A DNA stretch of 64,000 nt from Podarcis vaucheri (taxonomy: Eukaryota). Positions 26,001-39,620 of this stretch are shown here, in pieces (within the stretch, counting starts at the first letter, position 1; the number at the start of each line of letters is the position of its first letter). The position numbers and the translations under genes were made by a program. The stretch lies in NCBI GenBank assembly GCA_965113315.1, contig OZ220368.1. One strand, given 5' to 3'. Below the pieces are notes generated by a model that ran no database searches, was not told where the DNA came from, and saw only the letters and a list, made by a program, of their open reading frames with translations.

Positions 26001-28533
26001 TGGCAAAAGGAGTCGCGTTGATGTCAGAGGGATGGATTTCCTCCAAGCATACTGAGGATCAGAGCATTTGAGTGAGTGACTGGCTGGCTTGGAGTCAGAA
26101 TGGTCCTTGCCCCTTGGAAGTGGGTGCTGATGCTCATGCTCAGCGGGACATAGCAGTGCACACCCACCTGCTTGCATTTAACAGCCCGATACTGTTCCTG
26201 TTTGAAGTTCTGTTGAGCTCAGTGGGGCTTCCCCACAAGCTAAGTGAGGGAACACAGGTTTAAGGGGCTTGGTTATTGAGTAAAGGCACATAAGATCATG
26301 CCGTCCTAATAATGTCCGTTGGAAACAGTGGGAGCTACCTAAAAGCACACAGTAATTAATGGGATCATATGGACGCCTATCTGAGAGTCCAATAAATAGC
26401 AAGTTGGGGTGCAAGTTGTACAGTACAGTCTTGCTATTCAATTCTGGGAGAAGGTCCTGCACATACATATACAATCCAAGTAAAAAGATTCAAAAACTCA
26501 TTTTCCATGTGCTAATCTAAAGGAGAGTCTAGCTAAAGAGCTTATTAGGCTGGAGTATGTACTACTGCTAGGAAATGGGCCTCTTTCCAAGTTTTCTCTA
26601 TTCTGCCAGAGACATGACTTCTAGCTGTACTTGGGAGAGGGAGGAAGGTTCTGAATTATTAGCCAGTGCCAACTTCCATAAATAAACATTTAATTCATGA
26701 TGCAGTATGAAATATTGAGATATCCTTTGGCATCAAGGCTAAGCTGGAGAAGAGAAAGGTGAAATAGGAGAGGAAACCAGTTAATGTTAGGCAAAAAAAT
26801 AATGTCCAAGCTCACAGAAAGTGCCAACACCTGCTTTTTAAAATCTGATATCATGGTCTGAGCACATCAAAGCACAGTATATAATACATACACATAAGGT
26901 ACTGAGGATTGTCTCACTGAATTCAATACAGTACTTCAATTTTTTTCCAGCCTTCTGTACTTTTTTCAGTGGCACAAGAACAGCAGTAGGGATGAAGACC
27001 TGCGGCTTTAGGGCTGCAATCCACTGTAGCAGACCATAAAGGTAGTCCAGGAGGATGAACACAGTATTTATATTCACTGCAAAGTACCTCCTTAATGGTA
27101 TAGTTCTCATACTCTCTGTAGCTGTTTAAGCTGTTGCTAAATCCCTTTACTACCTTTTGAGCTAAAAACCATTACAGTATTTTTAAATTTTAAAAGGAGT
27201 TTCTTACAGGCAGCCTAAATCTAATTAGGCCTTAGGATGCACACCAGCACAAAGTAAAGCAGCTTCCAAGTGTCTAAGTTCTGGTGTAGATTACATTAAG
27301 ACATTGGACCACTTAGCTTGCTGCATTCTGCATAGCAAATCATCAGTTAAATTTGAATAATTAAATTTCCCATGTGAGATAACTGCTAAACTTTGTCACA
27401 ATCCTATGCATGTTTGCTCAGAAAATGCATGTTTAGGATTGCAGTCTTAATTTATCTGAAATTAACTTTAAACATGAATGGCTTTAGTCCTCTAACACTG
27501 AATATATCACTGTGTACACATTTTGCAGACCATGATTGAACCAAAATGGGCTTTTTGTTAGATCTTCTGAGATTGGCAACACATCTATATTTTAATCAGT
27601 TCCTGCAGCTGCGCCTTTAACAGCAGCTTGATCTATAATTCAGCAGGAGGCGATGTTAAAAAAAATTCACTTGCTAATATTTGCAGATCAACAATCTGCA
27701 GTTATGAGAAAGCTAAGCTTTCCCCCCTCCCTTATCTGTTTGCAGCATATTTATGGTCACCCCCCCCCCAATGTGGCAAATTGCATAAAGAATTCTGCTC
27801 TGTTGGTTTCGTTTTTATAGGCTTTCTTAGTCTATATAAATCAAGTTATTTCGTTACTGCATAACAAAAAAAAATCACAGCCTAGTGCTCTCTAAATATG
27901 TAATTCTTGGCTAAGTTGCTGGAAGTAATGATTTTATCAGCAGGAGCAGCTATAGCTGTTTAGAAGATGGGAGGAGGAACTGTAAGTGTTGTGTGAAAGA
28001 AGAAATGAGTATTGATTCCTTTCATCTAGAAAAAGCTGATGGTAAGTGAACTAGGCCAATATATCAGAATTTAATACTTTCAGGTTTATGCTAGAGTTGG
28101 GGAAACTTGGGAGGAAAGATGAGGCAACTGTTTGAGAGGAAAAATGTAAAAGTTATTAGAACCTGAATGGGGAAGGTTGAAATAAACTGAAGTACAGTAC
28201 ACTGGCAACTTACATGCATTTAACTTGTGCACATTCAGCTTTACGCAGATGGCAAAAAATAAGGCAGACAGGTGTCTGAGGGGGAGGGAACTTTAGCAAT
28301 CCCACCCACCATTGCACCCAATATGCTTTGATTATATGCAATTTTGGCTTTGGTACAAACCCCAAAGTGTAACCCCCCACTTAAGTTGTGGCCTCCTGTA
28401 GGTTAATCTGGGTATCACCCATTTTACTACCTAGCATGGGCATAGCTGGGGGCGGATGTTTGCCCCCATGTGTTTTAAGGGTTGTTGTATGTAAAAAAAG
28501 CTACTCTGCTGATCTGTGGGGGTGACCTTGGAG

Positions 28534-28669
28534 CAGGCATAGGCAAACTCGGCCCTCCAGATGTTTTGAGACTACAATTCCCATCACCCCTGACCACTGG
28601 TCCTGTTAGCTAGGGATGATGGGAGTTGTAGTCCCAAAACATCTGGAGGGCCAAGTTTGCTTATGCCTG
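28534..28669. mobile_element. Palindromic hAT MITE (136 bp)
   Basis: TIR CAGGCATAGGCAAACT / AGTTTGCTTATGCCTG; 8-bp TSD CCTTGGAG. Confidence 0.9.
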
Positions 28670-28979
28670 CCTTGGAGGAACTCTGTTTAACTTTCTGTAG
28701 AGAAGAGTAATAAAAAGATGTATATTTCATTATCTTGCCTATCATGCTGCAGAACACTTTAAAAAGTCGCTACTTAGAGGAATCAACGAAGTTTGCAACA
28801 TTTCTTTCATCAGTGAGTGGTATGAAGTTATTGGATGGGGAAAGCGCCCAGAAGGCAATTCACAATATATTGGCGTTTCATCCTGAAAAAGATCTCTCAA
28901 CAACTTTGTTAAATGGGGTCGCCTGAGAGTGATTTAAAGCTTAAGCTGAACGGAAATCTGATCGCAGTTCTTTAGACGG

Positions 28980-29407
28980 TGCCACCCTGTCTCTTTGAAA
29001 GGGGCGCACTTGGGGCGCAGGACCGTGGGAAAGCCTTAAAAAGAGGAAGGACCCGTGGTGTTGTTTTCAAGAAGATATTGCATGAAAGCGCGGCGGCGCC
29101 CAACCACTTTCCCATCGGTGAGAAACGAGGCAAGCGAAGCGGTGGAAAACCTGCGCGCCTCAACGAGCCGTCGCGACTTTCGCAGGCTGATGACGTAACG
29201 GATCGGCGTCGCCGGCTGATTGCGTCCGTCTCGCGCGCCGGGGCGCTTCTGGATGTCGCGAGAGTTGCCGGTAACGTCGGTTTACGGGGCCGGCCGCAGC
29301 GGGGATGGCTGAGGAGCTGCCTGGAGCCGACGAGCGAGGCTCCACGGCCTGGCTGTCGCCGAGGAAATGGCGCCCCGAGACCGGCCAGTAACTGCGTCCA
29401 CTTTGCC
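28980..29407 (+). promoter_or_regulatory. TMEM183A: TMEM183A CpG-island promoter and 5' region
   Basis: CpG-rich; CRE/ATF-like TGACGTAA at 29191-29198; YY1-like AAATGGCG at 29365-29372. Confidence 0.75.
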
Positions 29408-29471
29408 ATGCGTAAACGCGGGGCCCGGAAACGTCTCAAGGCTCGGGCCGGCGACGTCTGCTTGGAGCGCG
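29408..29471 (+). CDS. TMEM183A: TMEM183A coding exon 1
   Basis: MRKRGARKRLKARAGDVCLER resembles human MPKRGKRLKFRAHDACSGR; donor G|GTGAGT. Confidence 0.9.
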
Positions 29472-29568
29472 GTGAGTCGCTGAGGCCCAGTGCTAGTGAG
29501 CGGGGGGGGGGGGGGCAGAGTAGGCCATTATTGTTCCGGATCCTTAAACTCTCGTTTTCTTCCTGTAG

Positions 29569-29658
29569 TGACCGTAGCCGATTATGCGAATTCGGACCCC
29601 TCCGTGGTGAAATCCGGCCGCGTGAAAAAGGCTGTGGCCAACGCGCTGCAGCAGGAAG
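29569..29658 (+). CDS. TMEM183A: TMEM183A exon 2
   Basis: [30 protein letters not shown]; AG/GT boundaries and matching phases. Confidence 0.97.
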
Positions 29659-30984
29659 GTGAGTTCGGGCTTGAATGGCCCACGAAGGGTTTTTCCCCCC
29701 ACCTGGAGAGTCGTTACAGAAGCCACTGGGAACATAAAATTAGCAATCTGTATTTTGGTGTCCAACGCTTTCCGGTGCCCTCTTGTCTTCCTCTACCCCC
29801 CCCCCCAAAAAAAATCTCGTAAACACTGCAGGATTGAATTAGGTCCCAAGGTGTGGTCTAATCAGGGCACCTGGGACCACCACATTGCCCACCAGGACAA
29901 GACCCTAAGCAACTATGTTAATTGCTTCCATCACTGTAGACTTGTCAGAGTAGGAGACCCCATGTATCCTTGATGCATGTGTATGTGGGCCTTTAGAATA
30001 GAAGAGTGAGCACATCCCTGTAATCTTTTCATTCTGAAGAAATGGTACGCTCGCTATCAGAAACTTAGAAAACGCTGTTATAGGCTAACAAACTATTAGA
30101 GGCCTGTAGTCAAATAACCAGATGGTTAGTATAAATCAATAAATAAAATTCAGCTACTTGCTTTTATCATATCTGCTTATCAGCCCCATTACTGCTCTAA
30201 ATGCACAAACAGCTGAAGATGCAAGTGACAGAATTTCTATGTGCAGTCTAGATTGAGTAGTGCTATCCACTCTCATGTCCCAAGTCCACAGTCCTCCAAA
30301 TCTCCCTTCCCCATTTTACATCTTACGATTTATCTGGAAAATGCTTGATTTGGTTGTGTATTTTCTGCTGTTCAATTATTGTTCATGACTACCTTATGTT
30401 TGTAATTATGTGTTTTCTTGTTGTAATCTGCCTTGAGCATGGTGTTAACTATGGGAAGGCGGAGTACAAATAAAAACATGTATGTGTGTACACAGCTTCT
30501 CCTCTAGGTGTAGGACAAACATATAGCATTGTACCAGTCCCATTTTCTTTTTGGCTCTTCTTATTTCTTCCTCCCCAACTCCATTTTTCAATCATCCATT
30601 GACTCAAGTTTCCTGCTTTTCAGGACCACTACTCTCTTGCTTGCTTTCTGTAACCAGAATGTCTTATGAGCTAGCCTTCTTAAAACTCCTCTGTATACTA
30701 AGCAACCTTTTCTTTGATTCTTCTTGTATCCGTTTCCCTGTCACCTCTGAACTTTTTCTCAAGCCCCATTCTCTCTTACCATATGTTCAGATTTCTCTTA
30801 CTTAGTCTGTTGCTTGCTGTTCACCCTTCCTTCAGACCCGCTTCCTCTGGACTACCTGTCTTGGCTTGCCTAATTCCCATCATAGCTTCCCTGCTCTTGA
30901 CCTTCTCCTGTGTAAAGTTTTAATCAGAGCCAAACCGGTAGCTTCCATTCATTAGGGAATCTGGACCATAAACTAACTAGTTTA

Positions 30985-31210
30985 CAGTGGTACCTCGGGT
31001 TAAGTACTTAATTTGTTCCGGAGGTCCGTTCTTAACCTGAAACTGTTCTTAACCTGAAGCACCACTTTAGCTAATGGGGCCTCCTGCTGCCGCCGCGCCG
31101 CCAGAGCATGATTTCTGTTCTCATCCTGAAGCAAAGTTCTTAACCTGAAGCACTATTTCTGGGTTAGCAGAGTCTGTAACCTGAAGCGTATGTAACCTGA
31201 GGTACCACTG
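30985..31210. mobile_element. Tigger-like MITE, family A (TMEM183A intron 2)
   Basis: TIRs CAGTGGTACCTC / GAGGTACCACTG, TA TSD. Confidence 0.88.
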
Positions 31211-31437
31211 TACTTTGAAGCTGAACATTTTGTGCTACCACAGTACTTCTGGCAATTGGAAATTTCACCACCAGTGCAGATAGCAAATCACGCTTGGTAA
31301 AATTGGCTATTTGGCTATTTATTTCTCCTCCAATTGGCTATTTATTTCTCCTCTAACAGTTAGATTACTAGGATAACATTCAACATAGATATTTGCCAGC
31401 TCTTGTATCTTAATATGTTCTTTCTTTGTGGTTTCAG

Positions 31438-31590
31438 CAAAATCACTTTGTGGTTTGGAAGCCTCTTATGTGCCTACTGATGAAGTGTTATCAGTGGCAG
31501 AATCTTGTGATAGTTGTGATGAAATGGATTCTAAGGATATCACCAATGATTCAGTATTGTCTGAAAAAAAGAAAAGCAAGAGACATAAAG
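31438..31590 (+). CDS. TMEM183A: TMEM183A exon 3
   Basis: AKSLCGLEASYVPTDEVLS...EKKKSKRHK; 153 nt, phase 1-1. Confidence 0.95.
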
Positions 31591-32379
31591 GTAAGAGCTG
31601 AGTTGATTTAATCAATCATTCCCATTTGTCAAATTAATTACTTTGTGTGTGAGAGAGCTATATAGTTTCTCAAGTTTCTAGCCTTATTTGGCATGCAAGC
31701 TTCCTTTTTACTACCTCTGTAGCTGGTAAAAACCTTAGCCAAAAGCCATTGTAGACATGTTCTGGCCATGAAGCTTACTGGTTGAACTTGAGTCAGTACC
31801 TGAAATACGATCTTAGAAGATGAAGTTGTTTGAATGGGGAACTCTTTACATTGCAGCTGACTATGCTGATAACTTCCTAGCACTTGCTGGGGAGCAAAGA
31901 CTAACTGCCAGGTTCTTGATTGTAACAGACTTGACACTGATTGCCTTGAGGCATGTGTGGAAGACGATTTTAAAAAATTGAGTGTTTTAAAGAAATTCCC
32001 CATATGTGTAATCAGTTAATCAAAACATTTATGCCCTGTCTGGTGCAAAAGCACCACTTGGGATGGCTTACAAAGTTTAAAACATCAATAGTATAAAAAA
32101 TGATATTAAACAGTCAACAAAGGAGGTTGGGTCAACAATTAAAATCAAGCATAAAAACATTTATTAACCATATATGACAAAAGCCTGCCAGAATAAAGTA
32201 GCCATTAATAATCAACCAAGAAAAGGGGCAGTGGAGAGGGCCAACTTTACATCATGATGCAAGGTGTTGTAAATCGCACTTTGGAGCCTAGTTCTAGCAA
32301 AGCAATGTCCATTTCTTGCTAGCCTTGAAGACTTGATAGGATGAGTGTCAGTAACAGTTTTTTTTCCCCTTTCCTTCAG

Positions 32380-32539
32380 ATGATTCTGATGAGGTGATGG
32401 GCAAAGACTATCCCATTGATATTTGGTTGGTGCTGGCTTCCTACATACGTCCAGAAGATACTGTGAATTTTTCTCTTATCTGTAGAAAAGCCTGGATTGT
32501 CACTTGTACTGCTGCCTTTTGGACCAGACTTTATAGAAG
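32380..32539 (+). CDS. TMEM183A: TMEM183A exon 4
   Basis: [44 protein letters not shown] (F-box-like segment). Confidence 0.97.
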
Positions 32540-34157
32540 GTATGACAATTTATAACTTTTTTTTTTTTTTTTTTTTTTGTCAGTAGTAACTCATCATACA
32601 GGAAGAGTGGAGAATTGAACTGTAGGCTAGATTTGGTGCAGGATGGGGTCTGCAGTCCTCCCATGTGCGTAACATATAACTGGCACACTGCATGGAGGTC
32701 AAATTAATGGAATTCTTTTCTTGTGCAGCAGTAGGGAGATATTATATGGCTCACTGGATTTTGACACAAAGCTTTGCATTGGCTTTATGAACGATGGACA
32801 AGGAGAGCACACCAGTGTCTGCATCACAGCAAAGAGGCATAATTGGCTTTATCACTATGTTGACCAGCTCAGTGTTTTGTGTAGTACTCGTTTTTTTCAG
32901 CTTCTGCTAAAGTAACTGTAACTGTAAATATACTAATTGCTGTTAATGTGACTGCACTTGTATTACTGTGTGAGGGAGGGTATTAAAATATGGGTGAGCA
33001 ACACTTAGACAGTCTTATCTCTTCCACTGTATTAGCTATTGCACTGTACTTTTGCTTTTACTTCTGCCTGTTCTTCTTTCGGAGCTGGAGAGAAAAGACG
33101 CCATGAATCCTTCGTCTGTACATAGTGTGTTAATAAATACGTTGATTAGCTCTACAATGTCTCATGCTTCTTGCTGTGTTAAGCTAGAAGATTAGTGTGC
33201 ATATATCATTTGATATATGTCGCTGAAGCGCACTAGAGGAGAAGGGAAATGCCTTTTCCAGAGCTGCACATACCGGAGGATGCTTGGAGTTCAGGGCTCC
33301 AGGGGTACCCCCAGGGCGTTTTCCAACAATCTGGTTATCAGAAGTAAATGCATTAATGAGAATGGGGAAAGGCATAATGACCTGGTACATTCAGCTAGTA
33401 TTCCTTCTCAATTTTTTTCCTATATTAATCTTACTAACAAGATTTTTCATGTAGGTATGATCAGCATTTTTAGAATGCTGAACTATCTGGTTCTCCACTA
33501 TAAACCTGGACTTTGATTATGCATATGTTGACGAATAGTACAGGAGAAAAATCCATGGTGGCGAACATTTTAAATAAATGTGATGGCGGGGTGTTATAGG
33601 GTGGTATATGACTTTCATACTTGGAGCAGACCAAATAAAATGGTGAACTCCACTAACTTTAGTCCATTGATTTCAGTGGGTCAAATCTTAGTTTGACTTT
33701 GTCAGATACCTGCCATTTTTAGTATTTTTCTGGGTTTACCTAAAAGGGCAGGGATGCTGAGGCAGATGGAACCTCCCTTCACTCACCAACTAAGATATAT
33801 GAATGGGCTGCATACGCTCTTCACATTAGTTTTAGTGAGGGTCATTGCTCTTCCACTTTTTTTATTAGGAGATGTTAAGATGTCTTGTGGAGTTCTCATT
33901 CTAATTCCAGTGTTGGCTTAGTGCTCCAATCCATAGATCTCTTTGACACACAAGCAGGCTACATGAACATAACTTCAAATGAATCTATGCTTGACATTAT
34001 GTGGAACAGATAGTTGGTCCTGGGTTTGGAGAGGGTGTGGCGAAAAACAGAATACATCTCAAAAGGGGGAGCAAACTCTGTCTGAGAAACACTGGTTTAA
34101 GTAGTCTTTGCATGAAATTTGGTATTTGTCTTACATGAGTTTTTGTTTGCATTTTAG

Positions 34158-34338
34158 GCACTACAACAGAAATGCATCCCTTCCGGTCCGTTTACAGCCA
34201 GAGTCAGTGGAAAAGTTGTACTGCCTTCGTGCGTGTGTAATTCGGTCTTTGTACCACATGTACAGACCTTTTGTTTCTCAGGTAGCCAGGAATCCAGCTA
34301 TCCCAGAAACTACACCAAGCACTCTCAAAAATTCAAAA
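34158..34338 (+). CDS. TMEM183A: TMEM183A exon 5
   Basis: [35 protein letters not shown]...TPSTLKNSK. Confidence 0.97.
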
Positions 34339-35689
34339 GTAAGTTTGAAGAAATGTGCCCTTATCCAAGTGGTGTGGTGTTGTATTTCTGTTGAAGCAAT
34401 GAAATGCATGTGTTTGAGCCCACTTCTCAACTCACATTTTTGGACAGGCTTTGTTTTTGCCAGCAGCACATTTGTGCATATTTACTTACTGTTTATTAAA
34501 GCCTTGGCTCTGGATTTCTAAGGGCATCTTATTCTATGAGAGCCTGATCTTTGACCTGCCAAAGCAGAAATTAAGATGTTTACTCTTCAAATACAAGATT
34601 AACATTTTCCTTGTCCAATGGCAATGTGTATGCACAACTAATATCTGTTTCAAAGCAGCTTGTACTCCCTTGTCAATTTTTTCTTTCCTAGGAGGTTGTG
34701 AGCTAGCCAGTTCCCAATCTAATGGAAAAAAAGGATTGACATCTTTGATTCTTCGTGTTCACATCACAACGGCTTTGGTGTCCACAGCTAATAGTGCAGT
34801 CATACTAACAATCCACATCCCGTGTATTTGTAAATTAACTTTATAAAAGGAAATTAAATGTCAAAAATCTGTGTTGCAGTAACAGTTATGGTTTTGCTTA
34901 AATTCTGTAAGCGTAGCCATTTGCCATCAATCTTACTTCATTGCACCTTTGCATTATTGAAATGCAAGTTATGAATTTGTGTATATAGCAGTGTGTTTGC
35001 ACACTGTGCAGCCACAGAGCCTCTACACTTTGATTTGGGTATTCCTCATTTGGAGTCTCCTCTCTCTTACGGGAGATGACCACATTGAGCATGCAAGGCA
35101 GAGGAACTTGGACCCTTTGGTTACTGAATCCAGATCTTGTATTTAATTTCCCTTTCTCTTTCCCAGTGTAGCTTCTGTGGGACACTGGAGCCGTTGTGGT
35201 GTCAGCAGAAGTTTGCCCTTAAGGACATCCCCACTGTTTGGAGCAGCAGGCCACATGGTACACATCTGAAGGGTAGGGCAGCTGACATGTGGATGACGTC
35301 CTCAGCCCCTTAGGAGGTATTCATGTGTTAAACTACTTTCCTCCTTGTAACTCATACCCAAGGCTGCTCAGAAGAGTGGGATAGTTAACAGGGGAGCATG
35401 CTTCTGACAAGCTATGAAGAGAGGCAAGTTTGCATGAAAGCTCCTTGCTGCATGCTTCTGAACTTAACTAAAATTTGGCTTGTGCATGTCTCCTTTATAA
35501 AGAATGAAGGTTTGTTGCTTACAATAGATAGACTGTTACTAGTGTAGGCTCTTATCTATAAAATACCTAGGTCTAAAAGGAAGAATCACCCTTGAATAGA
35601 AGAGTGTCTCCCTCTTGTTGTCTATAAGAAGAGTGAATCAGCAATTGTTGCCTTTGGACTTGGGTCTTTTTCTCTTTAGGAGGGGATTG

Positions 35690-36420
35690 TTTAATAATAA
35701 TAAAAACTCAGCGGTTTACAAAAGATAAAACAGTAAAGTCAAGAAAAATACAACTCAACTTGAAAACATACACAAGCTAAAATACATAACATATTAAAAT
35801 TACCTCAACTTTCTAAGCATCTGGATAGGCTTGTACAGTGGTACCCCGGTTTTCGAGGGTCTTGGAAGCCGAACATTTCGGTTTTCGAACACTGAAAACC
35901 CGGAAGTAATTGCTTCCATTTTCAAACATGCCTCGTAAGGCTTCCGCTGCGTTGTTTTTTTCAAATTTCTCCATTGACTTTGCAGGCTGCTCTTTGCATC
36001 TTGGTTGTCAAACAGTCTTCCAGAATGGATTACTTTCGACAACCAAGGTACCATTGTATAAACAGGAATGTTTTTAGCAGGCACCAGAAGAGTATAGTGA
36101 AGGTATATGCTTGATCTCAATGGGCAGGGAATTCCAAAGTGCAGGCTCTACCACATTGAACAATCGAGTTCTTACAAATGCAGAACAGGTAATATGTGGC
36201 ACCTGCAGAGGGGGTCAATTCTGCCAATCAAAGCAGTCGTGGATGCATGTAGGGTTAGGTGATCTTGTCAGTAAAATCGTCCAAAGTTGTTAAGGGCTTT
36301 ATATACCAATAATATCTTGAACCTGGCCCACTAGCAAATCTACAATCTGTAGATCTCTGAGGGTTAATATGCTGACGAGTCTTTAGCCCTGTCAGCAATC
36401 ATTCTGCACCAACTGTACCT
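35690..36420 (-). mobile_element. L2 LINE 3' fragment interrupted by a Tigger-like MITE at 35836-36056
   Basis: L2-like degenerate ORF end on the minus strand; nested element with TIRs CAGTGGTACC / GGTACCATTG and TA TSD. Confidence 0.6.
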
Positions 36421-36853
36421 TGATAACTGTAAAGTGTCCCATGTGATTATAAACTTCTCTACAGAATATATGCCCCTAACCTGAATGCACAACTATGTGC
36501 CCTGAAGCTTCAACTAAAAATAAACCACTAGTTCATCTTATTGTCACTTTTCTGCCCTTGGTTTCTTTACTTTCAGGTGTTTCAGTGTGAGTGCTATGTG
36601 CAAATAGCTGTATTACATGACTGGTTTATGTCATGTTTGACACAGATTTCACATGTAATGTTTGGGGCAGAAGCATGTTTTAAGCTTTTAGCAAGTTCTA
36701 TGCTGCCTCATAGCACTGTAAAAAAATAACAATTTGATTCATGGGCAATGCAAAGTGTATTAATTTGACTATGTACAAACTGCTTTAAAGCTGTAGCGTT
36801 GTTGTTGTTGTTCTTGTTGTTTTAAAAAGAAACCTTTCTCTTTTCTGCATCAG

Positions 36854-36928
36854 TGTCTGCTTTTCTGGTCTAAAAAAGTTGGTCGACAGCCTTCACTGTG
36901 GGAATTCAGCTTCAAATTCCAAAGGCAG
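36854..36928 (+). CDS. TMEM183A: TMEM183A exon 6
   Basis: CLLFWSKKVGRQPSLWEFSFKFQRQ; AG/GT boundaries. Confidence 0.95.
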
Positions 36929-37134
36929 GTATGAAAACTAAACAACTTAGCAATTTCATGGATGTTATTTATATACCACAATATAGTAAAATAATAAACT
37001 TATAATATTAAACCACAATTAAAAACAGACATAGAAAGCAGCAATCGAAAATATTTCAGGAATAGTCTGCAGTTATGAAAGTTAATAGATATGGAATCAA
37101 TTTCTAGCGAACTAATGCGCATATTTCTTTCAAG

Positions 37135-37290
37135 AATAAGTCTTTCAAGAATAAGTGTTTGAAACATCTTCAACCACCCATCCGGTACAAAGATGTCCAC
37201 ATGAACCCTGACCAAGACTGCTGTCTACTGCAGATCACTACTCTTGATTTCATATATATTCCTATAGTCATGGGCATGACAGTTACTTTG
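37135..37290 (+). CDS. TMEM183A: TMEM183A exon 7 (acceptor ambiguous: 37135, 37141, 37150 or 37156, all in frame)
   Basis: [52 protein letters not shown]. Confidence 0.9.
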
Positions 37291-37509
37291 GTAAGTGTTA
37301 GAACTTCTGTACTTTTCAACCATAGCTTCAAAAATATGTCCTGTGCAATCTTTCTAACAGTTTTGCTAGAAAAATTATTATATTGTAAGGAAGTATTTCC
37401 TCAAATGATAAAGTTTATTCTTAAAATTTGCACATTCAAATCCTATAGTAAATAGTATTCATATTTGACAGGTCCAGATCTTGATGTTTCTGATTTATCT
37501 TATTTGCAG

Positions 37510-37692
37510 TTCACGATAAATGTGAGCACCGACATGAGGCATCACAGAGTGAAAATGGTGTTCCACGATTCTCCAGTTTGGAGTGGCAAGAAACACAGAT
37601 TTGACCATGGAGTGCAAGTTGTAATGGACCCTGTGCACAGTGTGCGCCTTTTTGATTGGTGGCACCCACAGTTCCCTTCTTCATACACCTGA
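37510..37692 (+). CDS. TMEM183A: TMEM183A exon 8 (last coding exon)
   Basis: [18 protein letters not shown]...[21 protein letters not shown]; joined CDS is 1062 nt = 353 aa. Confidence 0.97.
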   Translation, partial: FTINVSTDMRHHRVKMVFHDSPVWSGKKHRFDHGVQVVMDPVHSVRLFDWWHPQFPSSYT

Positions 37693-39620
37693 AAACTCTC
37701 AAGTAGTTTGTCATATGAACTGGAAAACAATTCAAGAATCCTGGTTATATTTGTAGACTATATTCTATATACCATCTCCATAAATGACTAAACTTGATAA
37801 GTCAAGTCTCTGTATTTGGTCAGCAGTGGAAGGAATATTTTATAAGGTTGCAGAAGCACTTATGGAAGGCATTTTATGATCGGGGGCGCAGTGTGGGGGA
37901 AGCTTCAGCTAAAACCTGTCTGGTGCAAAGAAAATTATCACCACCTATATGAGAAAAGCCTATTGTTTCTATATAGAATGACAGTTCAGGTACTAGTGGC
38001 ATATCCAAGTTAAAGTGATAGTTTCTGGTGATCTCTTTACAGCGGACCAGTGTGCTCAGTAAGGAAACTACAAGGTCTGCAGGGTTATATATCCTCACCA
38101 GTCTTGATTACTCCTAGCAGGACTTACTCACTCTATGCCTTGGACATAACGGTTCACAGACTACCTTTGTAGAACAAACGTGAAGTAGAACTGAGAGCTG
38201 AATTGCTTAAATGTGTGTCTTCAGAAGATACTGGCTGCAGTAGAAAGTTCTTTTTAGCTGGGTGTGCTTGCACATGCTATATAACTACTTCCCTGTGTAC
38301 TGTACTTCAGGGAACTGTATAATTATCTTAGTTTCCATTTTGCAGTAATTGGAGGAATGCTTACTACTTTGCTAGCTTATTAGGATTTCTTGGAGTAGTT
38401 GGTCTATATCAAAGTCACTTCTGACTTGGATAATATACTAGCCAAAATACTGGAAAATTCTATAAGCAACTTGCTCATAAGTCTCCATTCTTCTTGGCTA
38501 TAGAAAGAAGATACATGGTCACCAAAGTGTAGTGTTAGGGTAGACAGTTGGGCAAAACAAGTTTTAACATAATGTCATTGGGTTGTATTCACAGAACATT
38601 TTCCCCTTCTTCCCCCGTGCACCAATTAAATATGTTCTGTGGCTTTCCCCAACACTTTGGAGTATATTTTGGTTAGCGTGGGGGGAGGGGGAGGGAAAGT
38701 CCTGTTGCCCAGGTGGAACTTGGGCTTGTACAGTTATTTAATTTAATACCACCCATTAATTGTAGAAATTATTAAACCTCTACAAGTGTTGTCTCTTCCT
38801 CTTGAGCTATTCAACAGCGCAGGCTGATGAAGAGCCCATTGACAAGATGTGAGGAAGTAAGATAAGACAATAAATATGTAGGGAATCTGCAACCTTTCAT
38901 GTGGCAAATAGTGTCTTCCCCCTGTCTATTTAGCTCCTTTGCTAAATGCTATTTGAGGGAGACCCTGCCTTTTCATATTAATAGTCATTACACTACACCT
39001 GATCCTCACTTCCTACCCATTTAGGTATCAAACAGGTGACGCATAGGGAGGAAAGGGGTGTGTGACTTCCATTAACAAGCCACAAAGCAAAGGATAAAGA
39101 ATTGAAGTTGGGCATTCAAATGAGATGGCTGTTGTCTGGAAGTACTATCTAAGGCTTGGACAATGCAGTAGTTACTTTGCTAACAAATTGAAGGGGGGTT
39201 CTATTTGAATAGGAAACAGCTAAGAGCAGCAGATGTATGCAATTGAAGGAACCAATGGGAAAATCACAGGCTAAGGAAAAGAAAGTGGTGTGGGAGCTAG
39301 CTTTAAAGGGAACCTGAATTTGCACTATCCCTCCCACTCAGGTACAGCTCTTTTCTCCTTATATACACACACAGCACACTTGGTGGACATTTTATATATT
39401 CATTCAAAGCATTTATAGCCCAAATGCTATTTTATAGTATCAGCTATATATAATCCTACTTTGAATACTGTTAAAACACTGTTATTATAAAGATCAAATT
39501 CAAACTACACATAACATGGTTTGAGGTGAAACTGGTGACTGGCTCAAGAGATTATTGCACTTGCTGCTTCTCTTCACTGTGGTTTTGACTTCTACAACTC
39601 TTGCATTTATTAGGTCTTGT

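Noticed and set aside
28979-29407. In-frame GTG-initiated extension of TMEM183A (ORF 28979-29662)
   Set aside because: Promoter CpG-island sequence; similarity to TMEM183A starts only at ATG 29408
31301-31358. Short tandem duplication ending in an acceptor-like CTAACAG in TMEM183A intron 2
   Set aside because: Use of this acceptor would disrupt the frame; probably neutral slippage
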